Program-made: the position numbers and the translations under genes
Notes under the pieces: model-generated
What the model was told of the DNA's origin: nothing
Seen by the model: only the letters and a program-made list of their open reading frames with translations
Database searches by the model: none
NCBI GenBank assembly: GCA_964016885.1
Contig: OZ024743.1
Span: forward strand, 228,780,001 to 228,844,000
Length of the DNA stretch: 64,000 nucleotides
Source: Eledone cirrhosa
Lineage: Eukaryota
Direction of reading: 5' to 3'
In this document: piece after piece, positions 41,237-56,887 of the stretch
How the letters are laid out: each line of letters opens with the position of its first letter
How positions within the stretch are numbered: position 1 is the stretch's first letter

Positions 41237-43311
41237 ATCATCATCATCATCATCATCATCGTTTAACGTCCGTGTTCCACGCTTGCATTGACTTGGACGG
41301 GAGTTTTCCCACTTGAGGCAAGAGTGTTTGTCTTGCTCGCATAGGACTGTCTGGCGGGTTTTCTACAGCTGGATGCCCTTCCTAACACCAACCATATCTA
41401 CAGTGTGGGACTGGGAGGTTTTTACCGTGTTGCCTACACGGCCACATTACAGCGTAGACTGTGTGTTTTTTTGTCGTGACACCTACACGATCTCATTTGT
41501 TTCGGCCTGGATGTTGTGGCACCAACGTAACTTTACATTGAAAGGGGCGGTGTGGATGGGGTGGGGTGGTGTGACGGGGGTGTATTTTGTTAGAGATGCC
41601 TACTAAGGTTTACTTTGTATTTAGGCAAGGCGGGTCTTCTCTATTACTGAGTACCGCCAAAGATCTCGGTCCAGTGACATTGTCTTGGAGAGGTGTAAGT
41701 GTGTGAGGTCGGAATTTATCAGGTCGTCCCAGGTTTTTCTGGGTCTGCCTACTCCGTGGCTACCGTCTATCTTTATTGCCCTGCACTTTTTTATACAGCT
41801 GTCGTCTTTCATGCGCATCACGAGACCATACCAACGTAGTCTTCTCTCGAGTAAACAACATCTGATCCCTCTTATTTCTAATTTTTCCCTTAGTTCGTTT
41901 ATGCTTTGCCGTGCACGTATATTACTATTACACATCCAGCGGAGCATGCAAGCTTCGTTCCTCTCTAGTCTGCGTATATCCTCTGCACACAATGCCCAGG
42001 TCTCACTGCCATGCAACATTGCTGTTCGTATGCAGGCATCATACAACCTGCCTTTTATTTTTAGGGAGAACCCTTTAGCAGCTAATAGTGGTATAAGCTC
42101 TCTGAACTTTTTCCATCCAGTTCTGACTCTAGCTACTGTACTTTCAGAGCACCCTCCCCCACTGCTGATTTTGTCACCCAGGTAACGGAAGCTGTCCACT
42201 ATTTCTATAGAACCCTCTGCGCAATTGAAAGAGCTAGTATTTTGTGGGCGCTTGCTGTTACTAATTGCACCAGAGCACCGGCCACATGTAAAATCTATGT
42301 TCTTAGTTAGCTTACCTGTGATCCCACTACATCTTTTATGCACCCATACTTTGCATTTGGGACATAAAATGGAGTTTCTACCTACTCCTTTCCTACAAAC
42401 TGAGCATGGCCATTTCCCGGAAGGGACCGGCGCCTTATTTTCTTTACTACAAACTAGAACTTTAGTCTTAGCCAGGTTAATTTTAAGGCCTTTTGATTCT
42501 AGGCCGTGCTTCCATGTTTGGAATTTCTTCTCTAGCTCGGCCATTGATTCAGCTATGAGCGTTAGATCATCTGCGTATAGGAGTTCCCATGGGCAGCTGG
42601 TCTTGAACTCCACTGTTATAGCCTGAAGGGCAATAATAAATAGTAGGGGGCTAAGAACAAAGCCCTGATGAACACCAACTTTTACACTAAACTCTTCACT
42701 ATATTCGTTGTTAATTCTAACCTTGCTGACTGTTTCTTTATACATGGCTTGTATAGCTCTCAAAAAGCCATTCGTCAACACCTAGTTTTCTAAGAGCCCA
42801 CCAGATAATGGAACGGGGGACTCTGTTGAAGGCTTTCTCCAAGTCAACAAAAGCTAAGTATAGGGGTTTACTTTTAGCTAGGTATTTCTCCCGTAGGTGT
42901 CGTACAATGAAAAGAGCGCCTGTGGTACTTTTGCTTGACACAAACCCGAACTGCATTTCATCTAGATCAATTCTCTCTCTGATTAGTTGCGCTATTACTT
43001 TTTCCGTGACCTTCATGACCTGGTCGATTAATTTAATGCCTCTATAGTTACTCCTATCTAGGGCATCTCCTTTACCCTTGTAACAGTTAATGATGATGCT
43101 GCTACGCCAGTCCTTCGGAACAACCCCATTCTGTATGACTTGGTTTACTATCCGGGTGACCAAGGTGTGTCCCACCGTTCCAGAGGCTTTCAGCATCTCA
43201 GCAACTATTTCCGAAGGCCCAGCCGCCTTACCCGTCTTCATATCTTTGATTGCCTTACTTATTATACTACCTTCGACTAACACTGCTGGTCTCTCTATTG
43301 GGTCGATGTGT

Positions 43312-43313
<2 letters not shown>
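41237..43313 (-). mobile_element. RTE-clade LINE, subfamily B, 5'-truncated; RT with PHD finger; one frameshift near 42762
   Basis: ORFs 42738-43415 and 41621-42781 give GKAAGP, NYRGIKL, QFGF, FVDLEKAF, HQG.VLSP, LLYADD, PHD, FRYLG, RRLRWYG. 3' UTR differs from subfamily A; (GAT)n tail. Confidence 0.95.
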
Positions 43314-43395
<82 letters not shown>

Positions 43396-43587
43396 GTATT
43401 GTCTGAAGAAGGCATAACATATTGTTAATATGATATCCCTGAAATATATATAATGAAATAAATATGGTTTTATAAATATAGTTTCCATTTATTTAATATC
43501 GTAAATATACTCCAAATACTTGTTGAGTGCTTTTATATCAGTTATAAATATTTACTAGTTGTAACCCAACAATTTAAATATAACTTT

Positions 43588-43590
<3 letters not shown>
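43396..43590 (+). mobile_element. Penelope-like terminal-repeat fragment carrying a hammerhead motif
   Basis: CTGAAGA (43403-43409), 14-bp stem II with 2 mismatches (43410-43440), GAAA, palindromic TATA-TA, then AATAAA; flanked by (TA)n on both sides. Confidence 0.6.
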
Positions 43591-43684
<94 letters not shown>

Positions 43685-43691
43685 CATATAT

Positions 43692-43750
<59 letters not shown>

Positions 43751-43822
43751 TGCATATATATATATATATATATATACATATATATATACATATACATATA
43801 TATATATACATATATATATATA

Positions 43823-44531
43823 CCGCTGGATGTGTAATAGTAATATACGTGAACGGCAAAGCATAAACGAACTAAGGAAAAAATTAGAAATAAGAGGGAT
43901 CAGATGTTGTTTACTCGAGAGAAGGCTACGTTGGTATGGACACGTGATGCGCATGAAAGTCGATAGCTGTATAACAAAGTGCAGGGCAATAAAGATAGAC
44001 GGTAGCCACGGAATAGGCAGACCTAGAAAAACCTGGGACGAGTTGATAAACTCCGACCTCACACACTTACACATCTCCAAGACAATGTCACTGGACCGAG
44101 ACCTTTGGCGGTACTCAGTAATAGAGAAGACCCGCCTTACCTAAATACATAGTAAAACCTACTACAGCCAGTAGGCATCTCTAACAAAATACACCCCGTC
44201 CTACCACCACAACCCCATCCACACCACCCCCTTCTATGTAAAGTTATGTTGGTGCCACACCATCCAGGCCGAAACAAATGAGATCGTGTAGGTGTCACGA
44301 CAAAAAAACACACAGTCCACGCTGTAATGTGGCCGTGTAGGCAACACGGTAAAAACCTCCCAGACCCACACTGTAAATGTGGTTGGTGTTAGGAAGGGCA
44401 TCCAACTGTAGAAAACCTGCCAGACAGTCCTATGCGAGCAAGACAATCACTCTTGCCTCAAGTGGGAATACCCCCGTCCAAACCCATGCAAGCGTGGAAC
44501 ACGGACGTTAAACGTTGATGATGATGATGAT
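43823..44531 (+). mobile_element. RTE subfamily B, short 3' copy
   Basis: Nearly the reverse complement of 41237-41943; (GAT)n tail; TA arrays on both flanks. Confidence 0.95.
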
Positions 44532-45453
<922 letters not shown>

Positions 45454-45586
45454 AGAAGTGGATGGATACTTCAACAGGTACAATGTAATTGTAGAAATAT
45501 TCAAGTTGGCTTCTTTTATATATATATATTATATATATATATATATATATTTATATAAAAATATATATACGCCTATATATATATGC

Positions 45587-45636
<50 letters not shown>

Positions 45637-45700
45637 CCGTCCAAACCCATCCAAGCGTGGAACATGGACGTTAAACGACGATGATGATGATGATGATGAT
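45637..45700 (+). mobile_element. Minimal RTE-B 3' terminus (~45 nt plus GAT tail)
   Basis: CCGTCCAAACCCATCCAAGCGTGGAACATGGACGTTAAACGACGATGATG, within (TA)n. Confidence 0.85.
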
Positions 45701-46554
45701 ATATATATATATTTAAATTTAAAAATATGGTTTTTCCAATACCAACATACACTTACCACCAGCCTCTATCTGATCAACGAAAAGCATTGTAGGATAATTT
45801 TGAAGCCAAAACTAAATCTTTTAACTACGATAGTGCATTTATGGCTGCATATGCAAACTGAGATAACAACAAATCATTGTAACGAAATGTTTCCATTTTA
45901 AAAGCACTTAAGCTTGTAATGGAGGAAATATTTCGAGCTTAAGCTAAAACTAGAATCATTTGTAAGGGGAAGAGGAGAAAGTAATCCACTTGTTCTAAAT
46001 TGACGATTTCATTTCATTTACGTACAACTTCTGTATTTCTGCTTAAGGTCAGACTACTAGATTATTAAGGAGAATAAAATAAAGGTGGATAGAAATCCAG
46101 GTAATTCCTCCATAGTTAGAGCCATTAGCCAGTAGAAGCTGTGCTAATTCCTGTCTGTGGGTATTGAAATCAAAGGTCAGTAGCTTGATTCTTGAAAGAG
46201 CAACTGCAAGATGTCAAGTGTTTTCTGCTGAGAAATAGAGATTACCCAGAGATTTTAACTGATATCCAATATATTTAAAACAGAACACTTTCAGAGTAAA
46301 CATTGTAGATAAGCCAATCAAATGTAAATATTCATATATATTTATCTACATCACTGTATGTATGACTTAGCATCCAAACATCAAGCGTGTTGAGCTGGGA
46401 TGGAAGGGAGAAAGTATTTGTGCACTTTACATGTATTATATTTGGTGTGTGCTAGGTTATTAGTTATATATGAAGGCGTGTGGCTTAGTGGTTAGGGTGT
46501 TCATCACATTAACATATGGTTGTGCGTACCTTTGTCTGGGAAAGGGGTAGGTTG

Positions 46555-46805
46555 GATCCTTTAGTTGTGGGGAGTGTTACCTATTGGTGCTGCCCTGCAG
46601 GTGAGAGAGTTTAAGGAGACAACAGCTAGGGAGAACAGCCTGAGAGCAAAATCACTTTGGTATGGACTCTCAGTTCTTGTGAGAACCTCTGTCTAGGAGA
46701 GTGGTAGATAAGATCCTTTAGTTATGGTATGATCTATCTGCACTGCAATGCAGGTGAGAGAATTCAGGGAGACAACTGCTAGGGAAGTACAACTTGAGAG
46801 TAAAC
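46555..46805 (+). repeat. Degenerate direct repeat, ~157-bp period
   Basis: GATCCTTTAGTT...TGCAGGTGAGAGA.TT.A.GGAGACAAC.GCTAGGGA...TGAGAG occurs twice, downstream of a SINE-like head at 46472. Confidence 0.7.
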
Positions 46806-48256
46806 AAACTATAGTGGTCAGCTTTAAGTCACTTTCTGACAAACAGGAAGGAGCTCTCAGTCTTCTTCAGTCAGCCCTGCCACTAGATCTATCTCCTTCA
46901 CAATAAAGAGAGTTATAGTGGAAAATGCGCATGACCAACACCATTATAAAGCTTCCTTGCACAGTTATCTTCTGCAATGAGGATCAGATTTATAAGATCT
47001 CAAGCATGGTCATTGGTGTTGCAGCAGTCAGACAAAATTATCACATTTATCTCCAATGATGAAATTCCAGCTCTTTCATAATGTCCATTACTGCTGTTTT
47101 TTTAATAAGTACAATCATCAAAGGATTTACAACTGGCAGTTGGATTCGAGAGCACAAAATTTGGAGAAGGTGCTTTGTGGAAGACTAGCAATCACTCATA
47201 TATGCCAGTTTCCCCTTTTCATGTCCCGATTGCAGATGAAGGGAGAAGCAATGGCTAATATAGCTTGGTATCTTCACATCTCCTTTTTTTAATCTAAAGT
47301 GGACTGAAATAAATGAAATAAAATGCCTTGCTCAAGGACATAATGCACCACCCATTGTAGAAATCAAACTCTTGACCTGACAGCAGTCATCCCAACACCT
47401 GCCCCACAATAATAGTGCAGCAAAAACTCATATAAAGCTGTTGAAAACATGATGATGAATAACTGATAATATTGAATATATATTTACTGCTTCCATTCTT
47501 TGAAACGACACTAAAGCTACTCCAAAGACGTGTCATAACCAATTGTTTCAGTCATTTATATTTCTTTAGAATTCATATTTGATCTTATAAAGGAAATTCA
47601 ACATTGAAGGATTGTATTCTGATTCTTTACGATTGCCAAGTTAAACAGCCTAATCCACTATAGTAGTGCCCTACCCCAGGGACATGGAAAGACCGGCTAG
47701 CTATACTATTTAACATACTTAAACAAATATTGGCCATATAAAAATAAATATTGCACTAGGTCAACTGACAGGTTTATTTGATAAAACCATATATGGAATT
47801 TCTTTGATCTAAGTAGAGCTTTGAATATAACTCTTTCTTAATTATGGAAGAACCAAGATTCCATATTAAATGCTATACACGCCTGAGATACAACCTTCCT
47901 TTTGATATAACAACGATGTAAGATTAATATAATACTAAGTGAACTGAACGTCATTTAGGGTGATGATGGGATAGTGAATAGTGAGTGGTGGTGGTAGGTG
48001 GTATTGGAGCAGAATTGAGAATATTCCAATTTCGGTGCTCAAAAAAATTCTCCAGATGAAAATATGAGAACAAATTGTTAACACACCTAAACCTTTTAAT
48101 GAGAAATATTTAATGGGAAAAAGAAAAAGAGATACTAACAGCAAAGAGTTTCAATTAGAGACATTGGGGAGGGGGAAGAAAGAGAAGAAAAAGAAAAATT
48201 AATTTGAAGTATAGAATTTGATATTCTGGTACATATATTTCAAAACCCAGATAAAC

Positions 48257-48290
<34 letters not shown>

Positions 48291-48291
48291 G

Positions 48292-48333
<42 letters not shown>

Positions 48334-48395
48334 TACGCATACACGCACACACATTTTATATATATATGTATATATATATACATATACATACACAC

Positions 48396-48439
<44 letters not shown>

Positions 48440-48717
48440 AGTGTGTGTGTTTGTGTGTGTATAGGAGAACTGAGAGTTAAACTTGCCAAATACCCAAATA
48501 GGTATGATGTGTGTTTAGGAGAAGTGTGGCGGAGTGTGGTTAGGTGTGGTAGTAAAAGAAAAACGTCCATAATTGTCACTTTTATATGTACTTTTCAAAA
48601 ATAAGTCATCCTCTTCATCAACCAGGTTTTAAAGCCTGAATTTTTCCAAGAGTAATAAATAATTCTCCCCTCCTTCAGCCCTTGTCGGAGAAGATATTAC
48701 AGCTAGTCTGAAGAAAT

Positions 48718-48757
<40 letters not shown>

Positions 48758-49249
48758 CACACACACAGATACACACACACACACACACAATATATATATA
48801 TATAGAGAGAGAGAGAGAAGAAGAAGATAGAAGTAGAAGACGAAAAAGAAGAAAAAGGTGGCAAATGGTTTAGGGGTCGGAGTGGTGAGCATTAAATTTA
48901 TAATGCAATTAGGGGGCGTAAGGGAGTGGAAAGGGGAGTAGCATATATAAGGGGTGGTGGGGGGCGAAAATAAATATAAATAGATGGACTAGATAAATAA
49001 GGGTAGGATAGGGAGAGAGTATGAAGTGCAGATTGTAAATAATAAAGTGAAAGTGACTTGGAATAATAACTGCAGTAATGTATAAAAGAATTAGACACAT
49101 ATATATACATATGGTGATGATGATGATGATGATGATAATAATAATAATATAAATTGTTTTCTCTATGGGTTATATGTATATGTGTATGAATGAATATGTG
49201 TATGCATATCATCATCTTCACTGTTTTAAAACAAACATAAAACAGGGTT

Positions 49250-49257
49250 TGTGTGTG

Positions 49258-49293
<36 letters not shown>

Positions 49294-49506
49294 TATATAT
49301 ATACATACACACACGTATATATATATACACATACACACACGCATATATATATACACACACACACACATATATATATACATACACACACATATATATATAT
49401 ACACACACACACATATATATATACACACACACACACATATATATATACACACACACACACACATATATACACACACACACACACATATATACACACACAC
49501 ACACAC

Positions 49507-49555
<49 letters not shown>

Positions 49556-50113
49556 CATATATACATATATATATACACATATACATGCACATATATATAC
49601 ACATATATATGCACATAAATATACACACATATGTATACACACATATACACACACATATATATATAGAGAGAGAGCAAGTGAGAGAGAAAAAGAGAACAAA
49701 GGAAATGAGTATATATGTAGATATCTATGAGCATGCCTACATGTATGTGTGTGTGGAGACAGAGAATTAGAGTGAGAGAGGGACAGAGACAGATATCCCC
49801 CTTCCCCCACACACACACATACACACATAGACTTACACAAAATGTCAGTGTGAGCTATTCAACTTAAAATATACTGTAGAATCTACTGAGTGAGTATGAT
49901 AGAAGAATGTTGGGCATAAAAGCATAAGGAAGCCACATTTCAAGGAATTGATGGGACACGAGATGGGGGGCTATGAGGAATTTCTAAATTAAAGTTGTCA
50001 GTGAAATATATTAGGTTTGTCATAATTTACCATCTTCTGTCAGTGACTGTCGTTTATCCCTATAATTAATTAGTTAGCAGATAGTCAGGGACTGCACTTA
50101 CCTCATATAATAT

Positions 50114-50158
<45 letters not shown>

Positions 50159-50586
50159 TACACACACATATATATACACGCACATATACACACTTATATA
50201 TACACACGCATATATACACACACATATACACACACATATATATATACATGTATATATATATATATATATGTGTGTATATATATATATATGTATATGTATA
50301 TATATATGTATATATATATATTTATGTATATGTGTATATATATATGTATATATATATATATGTATATATATATATGTATATGTATATATATATGTATATG
50401 TATATATGTATATGTATATATATATGTATATGTATATATATATATGTATATGTGTATATGTATATATATATGTATATATATGTATATGTGTATATATATA
50501 TATACATATATATATATGTATATGTATATATATGTGTGTATATATATATATATACATATATATATATGTATATGTATATATATGTG

Positions 50587-50625
<39 letters not shown>

Positions 50626-50712
50626 GTATATGTATATATATATATGTATATGTGTATATATATATGTATATATATATGTATATATATATGTATATATGTA
50701 TATATATATGTA

Positions 50713-50746
<34 letters not shown>

Positions 50747-50916
50747 CATATATATATCTATATATATATATTTACATATATATATATATACATATATATA
50801 TATACATACATACATATATATATACATATATATATATATACATATATACATATATATATATACATGTATATATGTGTGTGTATATATGTGTGTGTATATA
50901 TGTGTGTATATATATA

Positions 50917-50965
<49 letters not shown>

Positions 50966-51038
50966 GTATATGTATATATATGTATATGTATATATATGTG
51001 TATATATATATATGTATGTGTATGTATATATATATATG

Positions 51039-51087
<49 letters not shown>

Positions 51088-51104
51088 GTATATGTTTATA
51101 TATG

Positions 51105-51135
<31 letters not shown>

Positions 51136-51150
51136 GTATATATATATGTA

Positions 51151-51181
<31 letters not shown>

Positions 51182-51230
51182 TAAATTATATATATATATA
51201 CACATATTAAATTATATATATGTATGTGTG
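49250..51230. repeat. CA/TA and TATG microsatellite arrays
   Basis: Directly visible; two blocks separated by ~450 bp of more complex sequence. Confidence 0.9.
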
Positions 51231-51660
51231 TTTGTGTACACTTATGAGTGATTGGATGAATGTGTTTGAGTATATACAAATATATACATGCACACACACA
51301 TACATACACACACATGCAGAGAAATAAATGACAGTCAGTATGTGGCTGGCTCAATGTCAACAGAGAAGAGAGTCAAGGAGAGAGAAATATGGATAAAGAC
51401 AAGTAGATCTTTGGAGAGAGAGAGAAATTTAAAGAGAGAAGGCAGGAGAGAGGAGGGGGAAAGAGAGGGCATGAGAAGGGGTCTGATAAGGAATGTGAAG
51501 AAGTGTAAGATGACAAAGGAAATTTCAGAGAAACTTATAATAGAAAAATAAAAGACAAACTAGAAGAAAAGGAAAACTATATATGTTGAGATTAGTCATA
51601 AAAAAATATCTATGTAATATCTGAATGTTCATTGCAGTCTATTTTCTCTACATTACTATT

Positions 51661-52718
51661 ATGGATTGGCATTATCGATAGAGCGTCAGACACCATTCTT
51701 TGCGGCATAGAGTTATGGCCCTTTACAGTTTGTGTTCATATCCTGCCAAGGTTAGCTTTGCTTTCCATCCATACAAGGTCGATAAAATAAAGCACCAGTA
51801 ATGCACTGGGGTCGATTTAATCAACTTTCCCCTCCCCTTCAAATTGCTGGCCTTGTGCCTAAAGTAGAAACAATTATTATTATTATTAGGGGCGGTGGAT
51901 TGGCAGTATCGGTACAGGGTCGGACGCCATGCTTTGCAGCAAAGAGTTACGTCCCTTTATGGTCTGAGTTCAAATCCGGCCGAGGTTAGCTTTGCCTTTC
52001 ATCCCTACGGTGTCGATAAAATAAAGCACCAGTAATACACTGGGATAATTGCACGCCTTGCACCAAAAGTAGAAACAATTATTAGGGGCGGTGGATTGGC
52101 AGTATCGGTAGAGGGTCAGACGCCATGCTTTGATGCATAGAGTTACGGCCCTTGCCATTCTGAGTTCAAATCCCGCTGAGGTTAACTTTGCCTTTCATCC
52201 TTACGGGGTCGATAAAATAAAGTAATATACTGGGTAATTGCTGGCCTTGTGCCAAAAGTAGAAACAATTATTATTATTATCATCATTATTATTATCATGC
52301 TTTGCTACATATAGTTACGACCCTTTACATTCTGTGTTCAAATCCTGTCAAGTTTAGCTTTGCATTTCATCCTTATTACAGTGTCAATAAAATAAAGTAT
52401 CAGTCACGTACTGGGGTTGAGTTAATTGACTTTCCTCTCCCCCAAAATTGCTGGCCTTGTGTCTAAATCAGAAGCCATTATTATTTTAGGTTGGTGGTTG
52501 CTTCGCACCATCATTGGAAAAAAAGTCTCACAATATTTAGTTATGGCCCTTATTTCCTGAATTCAAATCCCACAGGGTCAACTTTACCTTTCCTCCTAAG
52601 AGTGGTCGATAAAATAAAGTACCATTTAAAGGTCAGGATGGATTTAATTAACTTCCTCCTTCCTTTCAAATTGCTTGCCTTGTGCCTGAATCAGAAGCCA
52701 TTATTATTATTATTATCA
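51661..52718 (+). mobile_element. Head-to-tail array of five tRNA-derived SINEs (Meta-like core)
   Basis: Units start near 51661, 51889, 52085, 52298 (5'-truncated) and 52488; each has a B box, the GCCTTTCATCC..GTCGATAAAATAAAG.ACCAG core and a GCCTTGTGCC..AGAA..(ATT)n tail. Confidence 0.9.
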
Positions 52719-52777
52719 TTAGTAGTAGTAGTAGTGGTGGTGGTGGTGGTGGTGGTGGCGGTGGTGGCGGTGGTGGC

Positions 52778-52850
<73 letters not shown>

Positions 52851-53029
52851 ATGCTTTGTTGTCGTAGTAGACATTTGCTTTTTATTTTATTCCAGAATCT
52901 GGAACTACAAAAGACCTATTAAAAAAATGTTATGCTTACAACTATAACGTTATCTGGCTGGACATATACTAATACAAACCAGACAGCAACAATAACTACG
53001 AATTTCTAAGGAAGTTTTTTTTTATTAGA

Positions 53030-53092
<63 letters not shown>

Positions 53093-53874
53093 CTACAGAG
53101 AGAAAGAGGAGAGAGAGGTGAGAGAAAGAAAATAATATGCCAGAAGTAGTAACAGCCATAGTAAAAGAAAAATGTTTAACAATGCTGTTACTGAAAAATT
53201 TAAATGAAACGAAAGTCCATCTTTAGAGAGCTGAACTGTTTAATGTGTGGTTTGAAGATGAAAAGGTTTGTTATTTGAAAAAGAAACTAAAACAAAAGAC
53301 AAGGAAAGCCATGTGGTTTGAGAAACTGATCTTAAAGAAATGGTTAATTCAGCTTTCCTAAGTTACCAAGCAGAACTTGGATTCAATTGATATATACTAA
53401 ACTTCATTTGTTGATTTCTATGCACGAAAACCAACCTTTAGTTGTTTTTTTATTTTATTTTATTCTTATCCCTATTCCTCTCCACTCCACTCACACCCTA
53501 ACTTACCAGATTCCTTTTGAATCTCAATCTCAAAAGCTTTTGATGAACTGATTAAAAGAATAAAAGAAATTGGGAGAGAAAGTTATCAAGAAAGAGATGA
53601 AACAGTCAAATATTAACAGTCAATTAACTTTGTGTTATAAAGTGTTGAATGGGTTAAATTTCACTGGTACAACATCAAACAGAGAACAAGTCAATGGTGG
53701 CCTTTTTACAGTTAAAACCAGTAAAGCAGACATCTTGCATACAGTGTTTATTCAAAGTCAGCTTAAAGTCTTCTAATGCATATAAGTTAGACATTTTAAA
53801 TTTCCTGTGTATTACTGGTGTCCACAGAATTATATTAAGTCTTATTGAAAATTTAAGTTGACATATGTATGAGC

Positions 53875-54065
<191 letters not shown>

Positions 54066-54183
54066 GGATTGATAAAATGAAGTACCAGTCAAGTACTGAG
54101 GTCGATTTAATCAACTTTCCATTCCTACCAAAATGTCTAAATTATTACTAGTATTACTATTACTACTACTACTTTTCTATTAA

Positions 54184-54444
54184 CTATTTGGTTACTATGT
54201 TTCTCATAAAAGACACTAACAATAATCTTTCAAATCATTTTGAAAATAATCAAGAATTTGGAGAGATTTAATAATATAACTAACTATCTCATAAATAAAG
54301 AAATGTTTGGAGCATAACTTTAAAAGATTCTTGCATTCTTGCATAAAATAGTGAGAATTGTTTAGATAATTATAAACACTTTAAAAGAAACAGCTTAGTA
54401 TTGTGGAACCAGAGGCAATTTCAGGCAGTTTAATATCAAAAGGG
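54184..54444 (+). mobile_element. piggyBac-type MITE copy
   Basis: TTAA-CTATTTGGTTACTATGTTTC...GAACCAGAGGCAATTTCAGGCAGTTTAATATCAAAAGGG-TTAA. Confidence 0.65.
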
Positions 54445-56887
54445 TTAATGCTATGATTATGTGATACAAATGTTAGCAAGCAAAGATTTGAAAAATTACC
54501 ATATTAACCACAGTTAGTTAACATATTGCATATTTCTCTCTAATCCCATCACACTTCCTATTTAGAAAGCAATGAAAGAATTTAGAATATTATCATACCA
54601 TAAAAGATCTTTTTTTTTTTTTTAAGTAAAATAACGAAACTACAAATACTTTAATTGTGAAGAATGAAAATGAAATGCAGCTACTTAAACATTTAATGAT
54701 GTTAACTAACTAGTTAAACAACATAATCAATAAATTTTAAAAAATAAACAAACAGGTTTTTGTTGGTTAAAATAAATTAAAAATACTGAAAATGGGGAAA
54801 AAAATACAAAAGGACTATTTGGAAGCAATTATGACAGAAATAGATGACTATCTCGGTGCTCAACTGCAATAAAGTATAGCCAACAGCTAGAAAAAGTAAT
54901 TCACAAAAATGTTCATTTATTCTAATAATAGCCATTAGATGACACAATATAGATTAAAGTTTCATGTTTCTATATTGATTACTGTATTTCAGTAATATAT
55001 ACTGAACACACACAGATACTCACACATTTATTTTAAATATACTTATTCTTTTACTGCAGGGCATCACAAATTTGAAGAGGAATTTAGTCAGCACATATGT
55101 TTTTTCAAACTTGGTACTTATTTTATCAATCATTTTTTGTGAAACTGTTAAGTCACAGGACATAAACAAACAGTAAATGTTAACACAGACATGGAGACAG
55201 ACACACACACATATATAAATATATATATATATATATATAATGTCCCAATGTGCACTGGAATGAATATTATCGAGCTAAATGCACCAAAACTATAGTGTTT
55301 TCTAGAGGTTGACTTTCCGCTGTTTTTTTCCATTGCATTTTTCCTGTGCACTCCCTATTTTGAATATATATATATATATATATATAATAGTTTTCCACTC
55401 AGTTTTGTCGACCAAATTTCATTCAGAAGGCATTGGTCAACCTGAGGCTATTGTAGAAAACACTTGCCAAAGGTGCCACACAGTGGAACTGGCCCACCAA
55501 TTTTATGAAGTTGTGAAATAAACTCCTTAACCACATAGCCATACCTGCATTTATTTTATTTTTCTTAATACATTATAAGCAAAGCAATTTTTTGTGGGAA
55601 TACCTAACATGCCAAAGAAATTTTCTGTAAATGATAAAGCATAATTAAAACCTGCCAGTGAGTAAATAGTTTTTAATATAATAAACTTTATAGCATAAAC
55701 TAACTATTTAGCAACAATTGTTTCACTGGTCATACTCCATTACTTCTAACAAAGTAGAAAGGGTGCTGTGATATACAACATCTTGGGCATTTAAAACCTG
55801 GTGCTGTCCATCCCGCTTCAGATTTGAACAAAGTCAATTTCTTTGAGAAAGAGAGGGAGAGAGGAAAAAAGATAATATGAATGAATCTGATCTCTGTAGT
55901 GGATTGGTGCTTTATTTATTGACCCTGGAAGGAGGAAAGGCAAAGACGATCTCAATGAGATTTGAACTCAAAACATAGAAAACCAGAGTGAACACCTAAA
56001 ATCATTACCTCAGATGCCCTCGTGACTTTGCCAATCAGCCATATAACAAGTGTTTAGTAAACAACAATTCTCTTATTACAAAAACCAGTATAGCTAAGGT
56101 GGCAAGCTAACAAAATACAGGCCGCTCTCCTATAGGTTCATCATCAAACCCATAGTGGTGTAAACATCTGGAGTACTGGGTCTCCAACCCACCACCTTAC
56201 TTAATGTGGTTAACAGAAATATGGCAATCTGCAAGAATAGCCATCACAAGTTAGACTAGCTCTTTATCAGAGTATTTCTCTTGCTATGTCCCGGAGAAAT
56301 GCATTCACAATTCTGTCCACTGGGAGCATGAGGCAACATTCATCTAATGTTTTTTTAAAGACTTTCACTTTTCTGCTTAAATTCAAATGAAATAACATAA
56401 ATAACTTAGAGTTAAAGGTCCCATATACCGTTCCCAAAACCCCATAGATCTACATGTAGTGGGTGTAAATGTTTTCTAACAGGATCTTGATATTTTGCTG
56501 ACCTAGATTACATGCAAGCCTACATCATGGCAACAATGTCAAACTTCCTCATTCATCAATGGCCAACTAAAGAATGATGGCTAAAGATAGTGGCCAGCAT
56601 GGCCACTGCTTGTGAACTGGAATGAGTAAAAGAGTAAATGAATATACATGTTTTGTTGTATAGCATTTGCTAGATACACATGGACACTCACATGCAATCC
56701 TTTCCAGCAGGTAGAGATATGTAATATTTCCTTGGTTAAAACAATATATTTTAAATGAATTACTTTAGGCTAGCTAAGCCACTTCTCATGTGAGATTTTC
56801 TAGGCTATCAATGAAACATTTTGTAATTAATATTGAAATAAAATAGGTGTATGCATTGTTATTAATATTTTTATCATTAATATCATA

